A stretch of 64,000 bases of DNA from Methanothrix sp. (GCA_963682135.1 OY821645.1:576001-640000), one strand, 5' to 3'; numbered from the stretch's first letter, positions 29,593 through 40,114 are shown. The notes: generated by a model not told the origin, from the sequence alone. Translations and numbers: made by a program.

Positions 29593-30645
29593 ATGAAGAT
29601 AATTCAGATATCTCCCTATTTTCCGCCCCATGTAGGGGGAGTGGAGTATCATGTAAAAGAGCTGGCCGATGGCCTCGTCGGGAGAGGGCATCAGGTTAGC
29701 GTTGCCTCGTCTTGTGGAAGATGGACCGGAGAGATGGTTCGCATACCGAGCATTGACTTATTTTATTCTCCGATACCAATTAAATTACCTCAATTTGAGG
29801 CGGATGTCTTTCACAGCCATATCCCAAGCCCTCTCTTTGCGTTCATGCTTCGCAGGGCAACGCCGCATGTTGTCACCTACCACAATGATGTGGTGATTCC
29901 GGGAAGGGTAAATGGGCATTTAATGCCCCGTGCATTTGCCGCTTCTTTGGAGAGGATAAATGAGAGTATGGTCCGGCCAGTTCTGGAAGAGGCAGAGATC
30001 GTTATAGCTACCACAAAGAGCTATGCTTCGACCTCTCCCGTCCTCAAGGATTATCAGCATAAGCTGAAAATTGTGCCCAATGCGGTGAATGTCTCTCTTT
30101 ATCCACAAGTTCGCAAGAAAGAGAATTACGTGCTCTATGCAGGCAGAATGCTCAGCTACAAGGGAGTCGAGACTCTGATCTTTGCCATGAGCGAGGTGCA
30201 AAAGAGGACGGATCTGCAGCTTCTGCTGGTAGGAGAAGGCTATGATCGCAGCCGCTTAGAGGAATTGGCGAGACGGCTGCATGTTCGGGCAAAGTTCACA
30301 GGGAGGTTGGAGCGAAGCATGTTTATAGATACAATCTCCCGAGCTGAAATGCTTATCTTGCCCACCCAAAACCGACTGGAGGCTTTCGGCATCGTTCTCC
30401 TGGAAGCCATGGCCTGCGAGACGCCGGTTCTCGCTTTTGACACTCCCGGAGTAAACGAGGTGGCAGAAAATGGAGGCATGATCTACACCAGCATGCAGGA
30501 ACTTTGCGAGCTTATCCTGGAGCTTCATGAAAACGAGCAGCAAAGAGCGTGTCTCGGGGATAAGGGAAGGAGAGCTGTAGAGGAGAATTACTCCTGGAAG
30601 AGGGCGCTTGATTGCATGGAATCGATCTATCAAGAAGTTGCTTAG
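29593..30645 (+). CDS. Glycosyltransferase family 4
   Basis: PHVGGVE, YAGR...KG, EAFGIVLLEAMA. Confidence 0.9.
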   Translation: MKIIQISPYFPPHVGGVEYHVKELADGLVGRGHQVSVASSCGRWTGEMVRIPSIDLFYSPIPIKLPQFEADVFHSHIPSPLFAFMLRRATPHVVTYHNDVVIPGRVNGHLMPRAFAASLERINESMVRPVLEEAEIVIATTKSYASTSPVLKDYQHKLKIVPNAVNVSLYPQVRKKENYVLYAGRMLSYKGVETLIFAMSEVQKRTDLQLLLVGEGYDRSRLEELARRLHVRAKFTGRLERSMFIDTISRAEMLILPTQNRLEAFGIVLLEAMACETPVLAFDTPGVNEVAENGGMIYTSMQELCELILELHENEQQRACLGDKGRRAVEENYSWKRALDCMESIYQEVA

Positions 30646-30654
30646 AGAGGGAAT

Positions 30655-31647
30655 TTGAGCATCAAGCTTAAAGATGAAAGGGTAAAGGCCGTACTGCTGG
30701 CAGTGTTCATGAGCCTGGCTGCAATTATCCTCATATTAAAATTTACAGATACCAATATAAGCTGGAAGATGCTCACTGTAGTTCAGGGGCGTTTTTTGAT
30801 CCTGGGGCTTGTCTTGCATATGTTCTCCTGGATATTTTATGCTGTCAGGCTCAAGCTCCTGGCCTCTCTCGCCGGACATGAAATAAGTTTTCGCCTCTCG
30901 CTTATTTCGACACTGGCGTCAAATTTCCTTGCGGCCCTCACTCCCTCTTCCGCGGGAGGGGAGCCTTTGCGCATCAAGATCCTGGCAGACGACGGCATGA
31001 GCTACGGCAGCGCAACGGCCGTGGCCGTAGGTGAGCGACTGCTGGACAGCATTTTCTTTGTCTCATCCCTGGCTTTGTTTCTTATTTTCTCCGACTTTTT
31101 GACCGGTTTCGGTCTAAAGATCGGGGCCTTCTTTGTCGTCCTTCTCTTTGTTATCCTGACATTTCTCTGGCAGCTTGTCAACCGCCCCGAGAGAATTGCC
31201 GGATTCTTGTTATGGCTGAAAAAGAAGACCGGCAACAGACCCATTATCTTTTCTTTAGAGCGAGAGATATGGCTCTTTCGCGAAGCCGGCATTCAGCTCG
31301 CCAGGGAGACATTGCGACGCACGCCGGTGATGGCCGGACTTACCGCACTCATCTGGATGTGTGATTTCCTGGTCCCATCAGCCCTGCTAATCGGCATGGG
31401 AGCAGAGCCAAAGTTCCTTCTCTCCATTACATCCCAGATTATCCTGGCCATAATTGCCATCCTGCCACTGACACCGGGCGGCAGCGGCGTAGCCGAGTTA
31501 TCCATGAGCTATCTCTACTCCATGTTTGTACCGCCTGCGCTGCTGGGGCCTCTGGTCATCCTCTGGCGCGCCGTTACCTACTTCTCCAACATTGTGGTGG
31601 GAGCGGCCTTTGCCGGAGCTTCCATCAACTGCATGAAGAAAAAGTAA
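30655..31647 (+). CDS. Lysylphosphatidylglycerol-synthase-like TM / flippase-like protein (UPF0104)
   Basis: TPSSAGGEP, ERLLD, PLTPGGSGVAE, LWR. Confidence 0.85.
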   Translation: MSIKLKDERVKAVLLAVFMSLAAIILILKFTDTNISWKMLTVVQGRFLILGLVLHMFSWIFYAVRLKLLASLAGHEISFRLSLISTLASNFLAALTPSSAGGEPLRIKILADDGMSYGSATAVAVGERLLDSIFFVSSLALFLIFSDFLTGFGLKIGAFFVVLLFVILTFLWQLVNRPERIAGFLLWLKKKTGNRPIIFSLEREIWLFREAGIQLARETLRRTPVMAGLTALIWMCDFLVPSALLIGMGAEPKFLLSITSQIILAIIAILPLTPGGSGVAELSMSYLYSMFVPPALLGPLVILWRAVTYFSNIVVGAAFAGASINCMKKK

Positions 31648-31703
31648 GTCCGTTGTATTTATCTTTTGAATAAAAAATCGTAAGGGAAGCGGTTACTTCC
31701 CTC

Positions 31704-33062
31704 TCAATTATTGCTTGAGTTGTTCATCTTGAAAGTCAGGTACGGTGTGTACACCGTGCTGCTCTTATTGGTTGCGATGTCAGAAGTACCGGTCTTCAGG
31801 AAGCATTTTACCTTCAGGCTCCTATCTGTCAGGTCGAAGATGACATCATAGAGCGTGGTCATTGGAAGGGGTCTGACGGCTCCCTGGTATTCAAGAATTG
31901 AGTTGACCATGACGGTAGATATCGCATAGGCAGCGTCTTCCTCTGAGAACTTGCCCGGATGGCTGTTGGTGAAGTTATACAGCGTCCTATAGCGATTGAA
32001 TGTATCGTATGGATCGTTATATGGGATAATGGTCTCCTCTAAGGGTAGGTCTTTGGGAGCTACCTTGGAGTATCTGAACATAGGATGATTGGTCATAATA
32101 CTCGGCTCACTGGTGTTGCCGTCTGTGAAATAGAGGTTGCCGTCATCCTTGTTCCACTCGACGATCGTAGATCTTCCTGTGCTATCGTAAATCATGTAGT
32201 GGATTCCACCTACTGACTGATATTCCTTATTTGCCAGGAAGGCGATCTTGGCCTCCTCGACTGTACGGCAGGTCTCAAGAACGAGCCTTCCCATTTGCAT
32301 GGCGAGCACACCGCTATTTCTGCTTCCTGAGAAGGACGTATTAGCCACCGGTTCTATACTGGGATCCTGCAAAATATCTATGCCTAAACCTTCTGAGTTG
32401 AGTCCATCGAGTACTGAGTTGATCTCATGAGCTCCGATGACCATGGTCGCATAACCTCTATCAGGATAAATCTCCATCAAAAACAGACGGGAGAATAGCC
32501 GGTTTCCACTTATGTTCTCTGTTTTGTTTAAGTAGACGGCGATGGGCACTCTGAAGAAGTCCTGGCTTTTGACAGATAAGGCATGGCCATTTTCCGTTAA
32601 CGTGGGTGGGAAGTAGATCATGGAGCAGGCTCGTGATTCGGTGTCATAGGGCAAGACGGTTGTATCGAAGGTGCCATTGTCCTGCGATAGCCCATAGCTC
32701 AAAGCTACCCCCTTCATCCTCTCTCGCATGATGGGATAGTTCCTTGCCATGTATTCCTTTCGGGCTTCGCCGTATACCGGATCGGCGTATTTCTTCAGGG
32801 ACGTTACCCCATAATCTTTCTGGGCGATCTCTCCCAGGGCCGTGCCGATTTGGGTGTTGTTTCCTTTGAGGATGATATGCCGCCACTCCATCTCGGTGCC
32901 GTTTTCCATGGGGATCATAATTTCATCTTTGACAATGGCTGAGTCTGCGGATATGGTCGCGTCGGGTAAATGATCGTTTGTCCGGGACTCCTCTGCATAA
33001 GAGATGCCCAAAAAAAATGCCAGGACAATAATTGATCCTAAAAACAGTGGTTTTGATAACAT
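31704..33062 (-). CDS. Secreted Ntn-hydrolase (peptidase C45 / acyltransferase-like)
   Basis: Signal peptide; ACS nucleophile Cys, DGLNSEGL, LETCRTVEEA, MTNH. Confidence 0.75.
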   Translation of the reverse strand: MLSKPLFLGSIIVLAFFLGISYAEESRTNDHLPDATISADSAIVKDEIMIPMENGTEMEWRHIILKGNNTQIGTALGEIAQKDYGVTSLKKYADPVYGEARKEYMARNYPIMRERMKGVALSYGLSQDNGTFDTTVLPYDTESRACSMIYFPPTLTENGHALSVKSQDFFRVPIAVYLNKTENISGNRLFSRLFLMEIYPDRGYATMVIGAHEINSVLDGLNSEGLGIDILQDPSIEPVANTSFSGSRNSGVLAMQMGRLVLETCRTVEEAKIAFLANKEYQSVGGIHYMIYDSTGRSTIVEWNKDDGNLYFTDGNTSEPSIMTNHPMFRYSKVAPKDLPLEETIIPYNDPYDTFNRYRTLYNFTNSHPGKFSEEDAAYAISTVMVNSILEYQGAVRPLPMTTLYDVIFDLTDRSLKVKCFLKTGTSDIATNKSSTVYTPYLTFKMNNSSNN

Positions 33063-33277
33063 TATTTTCTATATATGGCAGTTTACTACTTATAGATTTT
33101 TATCATCAAAACGCAAGCTTCCTGGAGAGACTCAACAGCTTCGCCTTGCTGCCTTCCGAGATTTAACGGAAAATAGGTCTTCAATCCATTACTTTGATTC
33201 TTTAAATTATATTTGGGATGTGAAGCCGAAGGCTGATCAGGGTATCCTTGCTACCCTCAGGGAATATTTCTTCTCGC

Positions 33278-34291
33278 TTAGGTGACAACAAGAAGCATCA
33301 ACAGCACTGACATCCTTACAGCCACGCTGATGACCGTGGATATTATGACCAGGGACAGGCCCAGCTTCATGCCGAAGACCGAGGTGTAATTGGGCAGAAG
33401 CGAACGCAGAGAGTAGAAGGGGAGCATGAAAAGGCTGCCCAGCATGAGAACGATGAGGGCTTTTGTCTCAGATATGCCGTCGTTTTGGATGAGGGGACCC
33501 AATAACGCAATTCCCGCCTTGGGGCTGGCCACATAAATGGTGAGCGGGATTATCGTCTCCGGGGGAACGCCGAAAAAGTGGGCCAGAGGCAAGACATCCA
33601 GGGATTGAAGAATGCCTTCCCGACTTAAGTACAAGACCAGGAAGGTCATGATGAAGTAGAGCCCTGCAATTCTGAAAAAAATGCGGCTCTGTCCACGCAG
33701 GGATTTTATGGCGGCCTTCTTTAAATTGCTCCATGTCTCAGGCTGAGAGAGCGAGAGCCGCGCGCAAGATGAAGCGGATGGTGCTGACGGATCAGACAGT
33801 CGTGAAGCAGAGGACGGAGGAGATGATGAAGCCACGGATAGATCAGCAGGTAGATAGGCCCGGCCCATAACCATGACCAGTGCCATTTTTATGAGGCCTG
33901 TAGCGATAGAGATAACGGCATAAGCCCCGCCCACGAAGATGCCCAGAACCGGAATCACAAAAGCCAGTTGGTAGGTGAAAAGCTCCCGGAAATAGACGGG
34001 AACGCTGTTCATGATGGCGCTCAGGAATGCCTGGCGATTGCTCAGCTGGCCATCTGCCAGCAATCTGGCGATTACGGTATTAGCAGCCAGAGCTGAGCCC
34101 AAGCTGATGACGAAGGTGGAGGCAGATACTGCCGGCAGGTGGGATACAGAAACCAGCGGCTTGGCAAGATGGGTGATGCACGAGAAGGCATCCATCTCCA
34201 CCATGAGGCCGGTGATAAAGAGCATGAGAAAGACAACTGCCATGGTAGAGACGGTATCGTCGAGCGTTTGCAGAAGTAGATCGAGCATCAT
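33278..34291 (-). CDS. Nucleoside-recognition (Gate) domain membrane protein
   Basis: Two hydrophobic repeats separated by a Ser/Pro linker. Confidence 0.7.
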   Translation of the reverse strand: MMLDLLLQTLDDTVSTMAVVFLMLFITGLMVEMDAFSCITHLAKPLVSVSHLPAVSASTFVISLGSALAANTVIARLLADGQLSNRQAFLSAIMNSVPVYFRELFTYQLAFVIPVLGIFVGGAYAVISIATGLIKMALVMVMGRAYLPADLSVASSSPPSSASRLSDPSAPSASSCARLSLSQPETWSNLKKAAIKSLRGQSRIFFRIAGLYFIMTFLVLYLSREGILQSLDVLPLAHFFGVPPETIIPLTIYVASPKAGIALLGPLIQNDGISETKALIVLMLGSLFMLPFYSLRSLLPNYTSVFGMKLGLSLVIISTVISVAVRMSVLLMLLVVT

Positions 34292-34427
34292 TAAATCCTT
34301 TATCTCAAATTCTCCGGATGATATTTTATAATTTTCGGTTATTTGAGCAGCCAGATTTATTACCCGGCAATTGCCAAGAGAAAATCTGGAGAAAAGGCAT
34401 GGGTCTGGAGAATAGTAGAGGATCTGT

Positions 34428-35399
34428 ATGAGATCATTTTCGCCTCGCATGGCCGCTCGGGCGCTCTGGCAGATGAGGGTGCGAAGGAGGCCTTTTGTGC
34501 TCTCTCACGGCATTAATGCCCGCTGCAATCTGAGCTGTCGCTTTTGCGAGTACTGGAGGCGCCCTGGAGAGGAGATGAGCACGCCCCAGATCCTGCAAAT
34601 GCTGGATGAGGCGCGAGAATTCGGCATAGGCGTTTACAATGCCTGGACGGTGGAGCCGCTGCTGCGAGAGGACCTGCCCAAAATTCTCAGCCATGCCAAG
34701 GATCTGGGGATGACCACCTCGCTCATCACCAACGGCCTGCTCTTGCTCAAAAGGGCTGGAGAGCTGGATGATCTGGACCTTCTCTCAGTCTCCGTGGACG
34801 GCATCAAAAGTTATCGGGAGCTGCGGGGCATTGATTTGCAGATTGTCCTGGAAGGCATCCGGGCGGCGCAGCAGGCGGGCCATGAGATTTTGATGAACTG
34901 CGTCATCTCCGGAAAAAATGTGGGCGAGCTCGCAGATCTGGTATCCATGGCAAAGTCGCTGGGGTGCTGGATATCTTTTGAGCCCATGCATGAGTCCCTG
35001 GGCATCGAGGAGAAGGTCTGGAGCGCTTTGAGGATACAGAACATTCCTGCCTATGAGCAGGCCTTAGATCAACTGATTGAACTGAAGAAAAGCGGCGCGC
35101 CCATCATCAACTCGGTGACCTATCTGAAAATGATAAGGGACCTGGAACCGCGATTTAGTTGCCATGCCGGCGACATCATTTTGCATGTGGCAGCAGACGG
35201 CAGCATAGGAAGCTGCCGCGTGCACCACGAACCTCTGGGCAATGTCTCAGAGGGGCTGGCAAAGGTCTGGCAGTCGTCGCAAGAGAAGCGCCGCAGGATC
35301 GTCGCGGGATGCGACGGCTGCCTGTTCTTTGGGTATGTGGAGAACAGCCTGCTATTCGATTTTGTGCCTGAAGTGCTGGCCCATTACGAATGGATCTAG
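34428..35399 (+). CDS. Radical SAM protein with SPASM/twitch domain
   Basis: CNLSCRFC, ITNG, C-terminal Cys cluster (CHAG...GSC...CDGC). Confidence 0.85.
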   Translation: MRSFSPRMAARALWQMRVRRRPFVLSHGINARCNLSCRFCEYWRRPGEEMSTPQILQMLDEAREFGIGVYNAWTVEPLLREDLPKILSHAKDLGMTTSLITNGLLLLKRAGELDDLDLLSVSVDGIKSYRELRGIDLQIVLEGIRAAQQAGHEILMNCVISGKNVGELADLVSMAKSLGCWISFEPMHESLGIEEKVWSALRIQNIPAYEQALDQLIELKKSGAPIINSVTYLKMIRDLEPRFSCHAGDIILHVAADGSIGSCRVHHEPLGNVSEGLAKVWQSSQEKRRRIVAGCDGCLFFGYVENSLLFDFVPEVLAHYEWI

Positions 35400-35770
35400 A
35401 ATCCGCTGCCTACTTTCATTATCTTTATCTCTTTCCAGCTATCTCCGCCCCATCCGCCGGTCTGGTTCATGAGCTGCAATTCTTCCTCAGAGGTGATATT
35501 GAGCAGTAATGTTCCTGACGCACTCAAATTGCCTTTCGGAACATCAATCCAGCTCAAGCTGACAGTATTGCCTTCCACCGTGCCGTTAGCGACGCTGGTC
35601 CAGCTCGGGCTCACACCGGACGACTCGCAGAGCCACCAAACGGAATTGCCGATCTGCCGGATATAGATATCTGCATTCGGGATTACTTTCCAGTCTCCCG
35701 TCAAGTCAACTGCCATAGCCGTCGAGCTCAGGACCGCGGCTATTACTAATAGCCAATACAGTTTGCTCAT
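35396..35770 (-). CDS. Secreted beta-rich hypothetical protein
   Basis: Signal peptide; DLTGDW...YIRQIGNSVWW. Confidence 0.7.
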   Translation of the reverse strand: MSKLYWLLVIAAVLSSTAMAVDLTGDWKVIPNADIYIRQIGNSVWWLCESSGVSPSWTSVANGTVEGNTVSLSWIDVPKGNLSASGTLLLNITSEEELQLMNQTGGWGGDSWKEIKIMKVGSGF

Positions 35771-35954
35771 TTTTCAATCACCGATGCGACATTTCTCATT
35801 ATCATTTATTACTCTTTTCAGTTAAATGTTTTTACTAAAGTTATGAGTTAGATCGTTGGGCTCTTTCAAGGCATAAATGCCAGCCGCCGGGCTATTGTCT
35901 GAGGGGCGAGGAAAAAGCGCCTCGATAATCAGCCTGGCAATCGATCAAGGATGC

Positions 35955-36089
35955 CTATTTTATCGGCTTTTCGCCTCTTGCCTGCGCTTTTTGCCGTCTA
36001 GCCTCTTGCTTCTCTTTCTTCTTGTTCACCGTCGCCGTGCTCGGTGCGTCCTTTTTGAATAGGTTGATCATTGAATTGCTCCCTGCCAT
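35955..36089 (-). CDS. Small basic protein, 44 aa (below the ORF-track cutoff)
   Basis: MAGSNSMINLFKKDAPSTATVNKKKEKQEARRQKAQARGEKPIK with GAGGT directly upstream. Confidence 0.55.
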   Translation of the reverse strand: MAGSNSMINLFKKDAPSTATVNKKKEKQEARRQKAQARGEKPIK

Positions 36090-36161
36090 ACCTCATGATT
36101 AATGTGATGTCATTGGAACCTGATCATATTAATCTGTTCGCACCTCAACACAGTAAGTCGC

Positions 36162-36635
36162 CTAGCTGCAAGGCAGCCAGTCCAGTCTGACGGAGCCAAG
36201 TGTGCTGTTGGACCAGAGCTGCAAAAATTTCTCAATCTTGAATACGCCAGTCAGATCCTCAGTGGCCAGACTGTAGGTGGCATGTCTGCCCATGTAGTAG
36301 GGCATCATGTCTTTGGACTGCCAGGCGATATGGGCCTTTCCGATGACATTGGAATTTAGACTTACCTCCAAGGAGGCATTGCCCCGCGTGTAGTCCTTTT
36401 CATTATTGGATGTGTTGTAAGATCGGCTGACAACCTCGGTCTCTTTGTCCAGGTGCTCGAAATCCTTGTAGGACTCGGTGACGCTCGCCCCGGCATCATA
36501 GTTCTTGACACAAATGGTGTCTTCAGTCCCGATATTGCCCATAGCCTGGTAGAACGAGGCCGGCATATCTGCGAAAGCCGGGCTGAATAGGAAGAGAATC
36601 GAAAACAAGATGAACATCACTCTGGGCGACCGCAT
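36162..36635 (-). CDS. Secreted hypothetical protein
   Basis: Signal peptide; ends DWLPCS. Confidence 0.7.
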   Translation of the reverse strand: MRSPRVMFILFSILFLFSPAFADMPASFYQAMGNIGTEDTICVKNYDAGASVTESYKDFEHLDKETEVVSRSYNTSNNEKDYTRGNASLEVSLNSNVIGKAHIAWQSKDMMPYYMGRHATYSLATEDLTGVFKIEKFLQLWSNSTLGSVRLDWLPCS

Positions 36636-36762
36636 CGGCTGTTTGGATTGCCAGAGCTTCTATTTAAGATGTTGGGCGACCTTTGGGGTGCAAGCCACAA
36701 TGATGCTATCGCTATGTGAAGGCGTAAAAAACCGCGTCCAGAAGGGCGCGGTAGTTACGCCT

Positions 36763-37944
36763 TCATTTCGTCGACACGATCTTTATGACATCCCCGTCCT
36801 TCAGCTCGTGCTTCTCGCCCAGCCTCATCTTCGTCTTGGCATCAATGGCAAAGAGGAAGCTCTCGCCGATGTCCGAGTGGACGCGAAAAGCGAGGTCGCG
36901 CGCCGTGCTGCCCCGTTTCATGAGGAAGGCATCCGGCAGTATCACGCCCTTTCTGTCCGTGAACTTGCCCTCATCCTCCACCGGATAGAGCACAATGTAA
37001 TCCAAAAGCTCGAAGACGGCACGATTGATGCACTGCTGCACACCCGTTCCACCGTACTGCTTCATGAGTGAGCGGATCTTCTCCAGTCCCGCTGTCTGAG
37101 CTTTGTTGAGCTGGCCCACGATCTCAAAGTCGGCGTCACCGGGCTTGTACTTGATCAGCCCCGCCTTCTCGGCCATGCGTAGCGCAATCTCAGCCGACCC
37201 GCTCACCGGAACGACCATATCGTCCTTCAAGGCCAGCAGCTTTTTCACATACTCGGGAGGCGCTATGTCCATCTTATTGGCGGCCAGAATCATGGGCTTG
37301 CTGTAGGCGCGCAGCATCTTGGCAAAGCGGAGCACATCCTCATCCTTCCAGCTTCCCAGATCTTTCTTCATCTCCGTCACAGCCCGACGGATCTGGCTAT
37401 CCGAGACCCCGACGCCTGCCATCTGCTCCATGAGAACCTGCTCTGGCTTGCCACCTACTCCTTTGTAGTTGCGCATCAGCTTGTCCCAGTTGCGCTTGAG
37501 AATGCCGTTCAGCCACATGCTGATCTCATATTCCAGGAACTTGACATCGGTAACGGGATCGTGATTACCCAGGCCAACGGGATTTCCCTCCAGGTCAGTT
37601 CCACCCGAGGCATCCAGCACATGAATTACGGCTTCTGCTACCCGTAGAGCGTCCAGGAACTCATTGCCCAGGCCCTTTCCCAAATGAGCATCAGGCACAA
37701 GGCCGGCCACGTCGATCAGCTCGATGGCGATAAAGCGCTGGCCATCCTTGCACCGGCCACAGCCTTCCTTGATGCCCAGTTCCTTGCAGGGGCAGGACGC
37801 ACGCACGTAGGAGACGCCGTGATTGGCATCAATAGTAGTAAACGGATAATTGGCAATATCCACTTCAACCAGGGTCGCTGCCTTAAAAAAAGTGGATTTG
37901 CCGGAGTTTGGCTTTCCAGCCAGCCCGACAGATAGCATATTCAA
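36763..37944 (-). CDS. ychF: Obg-family ATPase/GTPase YchF, archaeal
   Basis: GKPNSGKST, NYPFTT, DVAGLV, NKMD, C-terminal TGS domain. Confidence 0.9.
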   Translation of the reverse strand: MNMLSVGLAGKPNSGKSTFFKAATLVEVDIANYPFTTIDANHGVSYVRASCPCKELGIKEGCGRCKDGQRFIAIELIDVAGLVPDAHLGKGLGNEFLDALRVAEAVIHVLDASGGTDLEGNPVGLGNHDPVTDVKFLEYEISMWLNGILKRNWDKLMRNYKGVGGKPEQVLMEQMAGVGVSDSQIRRAVTEMKKDLGSWKDEDVLRFAKMLRAYSKPMILAANKMDIAPPEYVKKLLALKDDMVVPVSGSAEIALRMAEKAGLIKYKPGDADFEIVGQLNKAQTAGLEKIRSLMKQYGGTGVQQCINRAVFELLDYIVLYPVEDEGKFTDRKGVILPDAFLMKRGSTARDLAFRVHSDIGESFLFAIDAKTKMRLGEKHELKDGDVIKIVSTK

Positions 37945-37966
37945 TCAGTGGTCCTTTCTATTATCA

Positions 37967-39064
37967 TTAACGGATGATGCCGCTCACATTCATCTCGAGG
38001 CATTTGCTCTCAAAGCGCTTGACCTTTCCGCCGGCCAGTTTCTTAGCAAGAGCCAGCCCCTTCTCAGAGATAGGCTTCTCAGAGACTGCACCTTTCGCCA
38101 GAGTAGCAGCGTAGAGCTTCTCGCCTGCATCCGTGCGGGTGAGAATAGTAGACCAGCCATCTGCTGAGCCCACACTGCCCACGGAGATGTCAGCCAGCTC
38201 GCTGGCAAAGTCAAAGCATGGACCGCATCCCGGGAATGTGAATGCATCAGTCTCATTGATCTTGACTTCATGGGCCTTGCCGGTCTTGTCAATAACCCGG
38301 AACATGCCCTTCTTGATCTCAAAGCGAGCTACATCCTTGGGCAGAAGCCCGAACCTGGCCTTAACCAGACCGTTCATGAGAGCATTGTAGTCGAAGTTCT
38401 CCATGCAGAAGAGGCCGACGAGCAGTGCGATCCTGTCCTGGCCGAATTGATAAGGCTCATCGAGAAGCTTGACCTTTCGTAGCCCCTGGATCTGACAGGG
38501 TGTGCCCACAAAACCGATCTTTTTGTAGCCCTTCTCCAGGGCAATCCTGACAGCATCGACGCTATTGGAGATGGTGTACTTGGTTCCTGCAGAGGCGGAA
38601 ATCTCCTCGGCAGTGGTCGCAACTTTAGCTACCGTTCTCCACTCCTCATCTTTGTCTGTGACCACAGCGCAGTCGATCACACCAGACTGCAGAGCCTGCA
38701 CTAGCAGGGCAGTGGCCACTCCTCCATCCTGGGCCCCAGCCGACGCGGGCTTGGCCTGAGCGGAAACGGCGTTCTTGTAGATTCCCAGCGCTTCATCGGC
38801 ATTTCGCGTCCGGCCGAATAGCTTTGTCTCCATTGCTCCCATGTCGAGGAAAGTCCTGGGGCAGTAGGTGAAGCACAGTCCACAGAGCGGATCGTAATTT
38901 ACCAGAGCGGGCTTGTTCTCAACATGCTCAATTCTGGGGCAGAAGGCCTCGCAGGTGCCGCAGCGGCAGCATATCTCCGACTTGATGACCTTATACTCCA
39001 GCTCTCCGAATCCACATTCCAGATAAGTGGGCTCAGCAAACTTCTCCTTGGCAGCCATGATCAT
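37967..39064 (-). CDS. FrhB/FpoF-family F420-binding subunit with N-terminal ferredoxin
   Basis: CCRCGTCEAFCP, CGLCFTYCP, AQDGGVAT, VGTPCQI, GLFCMENF, ADISVGSVGS. Confidence 0.88.
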   Translation of the reverse strand: MIMAAKEKFAEPTYLECGFGELEYKVIKSEICCRCGTCEAFCPRIEHVENKPALVNYDPLCGLCFTYCPRTFLDMGAMETKLFGRTRNADEALGIYKNAVSAQAKPASAGAQDGGVATALLVQALQSGVIDCAVVTDKDEEWRTVAKVATTAEEISASAGTKYTISNSVDAVRIALEKGYKKIGFVGTPCQIQGLRKVKLLDEPYQFGQDRIALLVGLFCMENFDYNALMNGLVKARFGLLPKDVARFEIKKGMFRVIDKTGKAHEVKINETDAFTFPGCGPCFDFASELADISVGSVGSADGWSTILTRTDAGEKLYAATLAKGAVSEKPISEKGLALAKKLAGGKVKRFESKCLEMNVSGIIR

Positions 39065-39139
39065 GATCTCCGAAAGTTGGTGGCTTAAAGATATCTTCCG
39101 ACCTAAAGCTTTTATGGTTCAAATGGCCTCAACCAGCCA

Positions 39140-40114
39140 ATGATACTGGGTCTGGATATCGGCGGGGCCAACACCAAAGCAGCAAGCTCGGATGGGCTGT
39201 TTGCACAAAGCGTCTACCTGCCTCTCTGGAAGCATGCGCCCTTGGACGAGGTTCTGGGCCGGTTTGCGGCGCGCCGGCCTCTGGCTGTGGCAGTCGTCAT
39301 CACGGGTGAGCTGGCCGACTGCTTCTCTTGCAAGCAAGAGGGCATTTTAAGCCTTACTGCAACGGTGAAACAGGCCTTTTCCTGCCCGGTCTATTTCTGG
39401 GGCGCGAATGGCTTTGCCTGGAAGGACCCCCTGGAGCTGGCTGCGGCCAACTGGGCTGCATCTGCTGCCTTGCTGGCACGCGAGGTAGGAGACTGCCTCT
39501 TCGTGGATATGGGCAGCACCACCACGGATCTCATCCCTATCCGCATGGGAAGAGCGCTGGCAGCCAAGACGGACTTTTTGCGTCTGGCCGGAGGCGATTT
39601 GGTCTACATGGGGCTGCTAAGAACGCGGCTCGATGCCCTGCTGCCCGCAGCCCAAATCAAAGGAAATAAGGTGCCGCTCGCGCCGGAGTTTTTCGCAATC
39701 ATGGCCGATGCCCGCCTGGGGTTGGGCCAGATCTCTGAGGAACGCTATACCTGCGAGACACCGGATGGCGCAGGAAAGGATAGGAATGCAGCGCTTCGCA
39801 GACTGGCGCGCTCTGTCTGCGCCGATCTGGAAGAGATTGGCGAAGCTGCGGCCCTGGCTATAGCTTCGCAGGCCTGCGAGAGGCAGAAGAGTATTCTGGT
39901 CGCGGCACTGGAGAGACAATTGGAACGCCATGAACTAACCAAGGTGGTGGCGGCAGGAATCGGCGAGGAGATAATCGCGCAGGCGGCGGCATTTCTGGGG
40001 GTGGACTGCCTGCGGCTGTCGGAGAGGTACGGGGAAAGGATATCGGATGTGTTCCCGGCCTATGCCGTAGCCAGGCTGGCAGAGACGGAGCTATCTGAAA
40101 TTACAGCGCCTTAG
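39140..40114 (+). CDS. mfnF: Methanofuran biosynthesis protein MfnF (hydantoinase/oxoprolinase fold)
   Basis: GLDIGGANTK, TGELADCF, AAANW, DMGSTTTDLIPI, TPDG. Confidence 0.85.
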   Translation: MILGLDIGGANTKAASSDGLFAQSVYLPLWKHAPLDEVLGRFAARRPLAVAVVITGELADCFSCKQEGILSLTATVKQAFSCPVYFWGANGFAWKDPLELAAANWAASAALLAREVGDCLFVDMGSTTTDLIPIRMGRALAAKTDFLRLAGGDLVYMGLLRTRLDALLPAAQIKGNKVPLAPEFFAIMADARLGLGQISEERYTCETPDGAGKDRNAALRRLARSVCADLEEIGEAAALAIASQACERQKSILVAALERQLERHELTKVVAAGIGEEIIAQAAAFLGVDCLRLSERYGERISDVFPAYAVARLAETELSEITAP

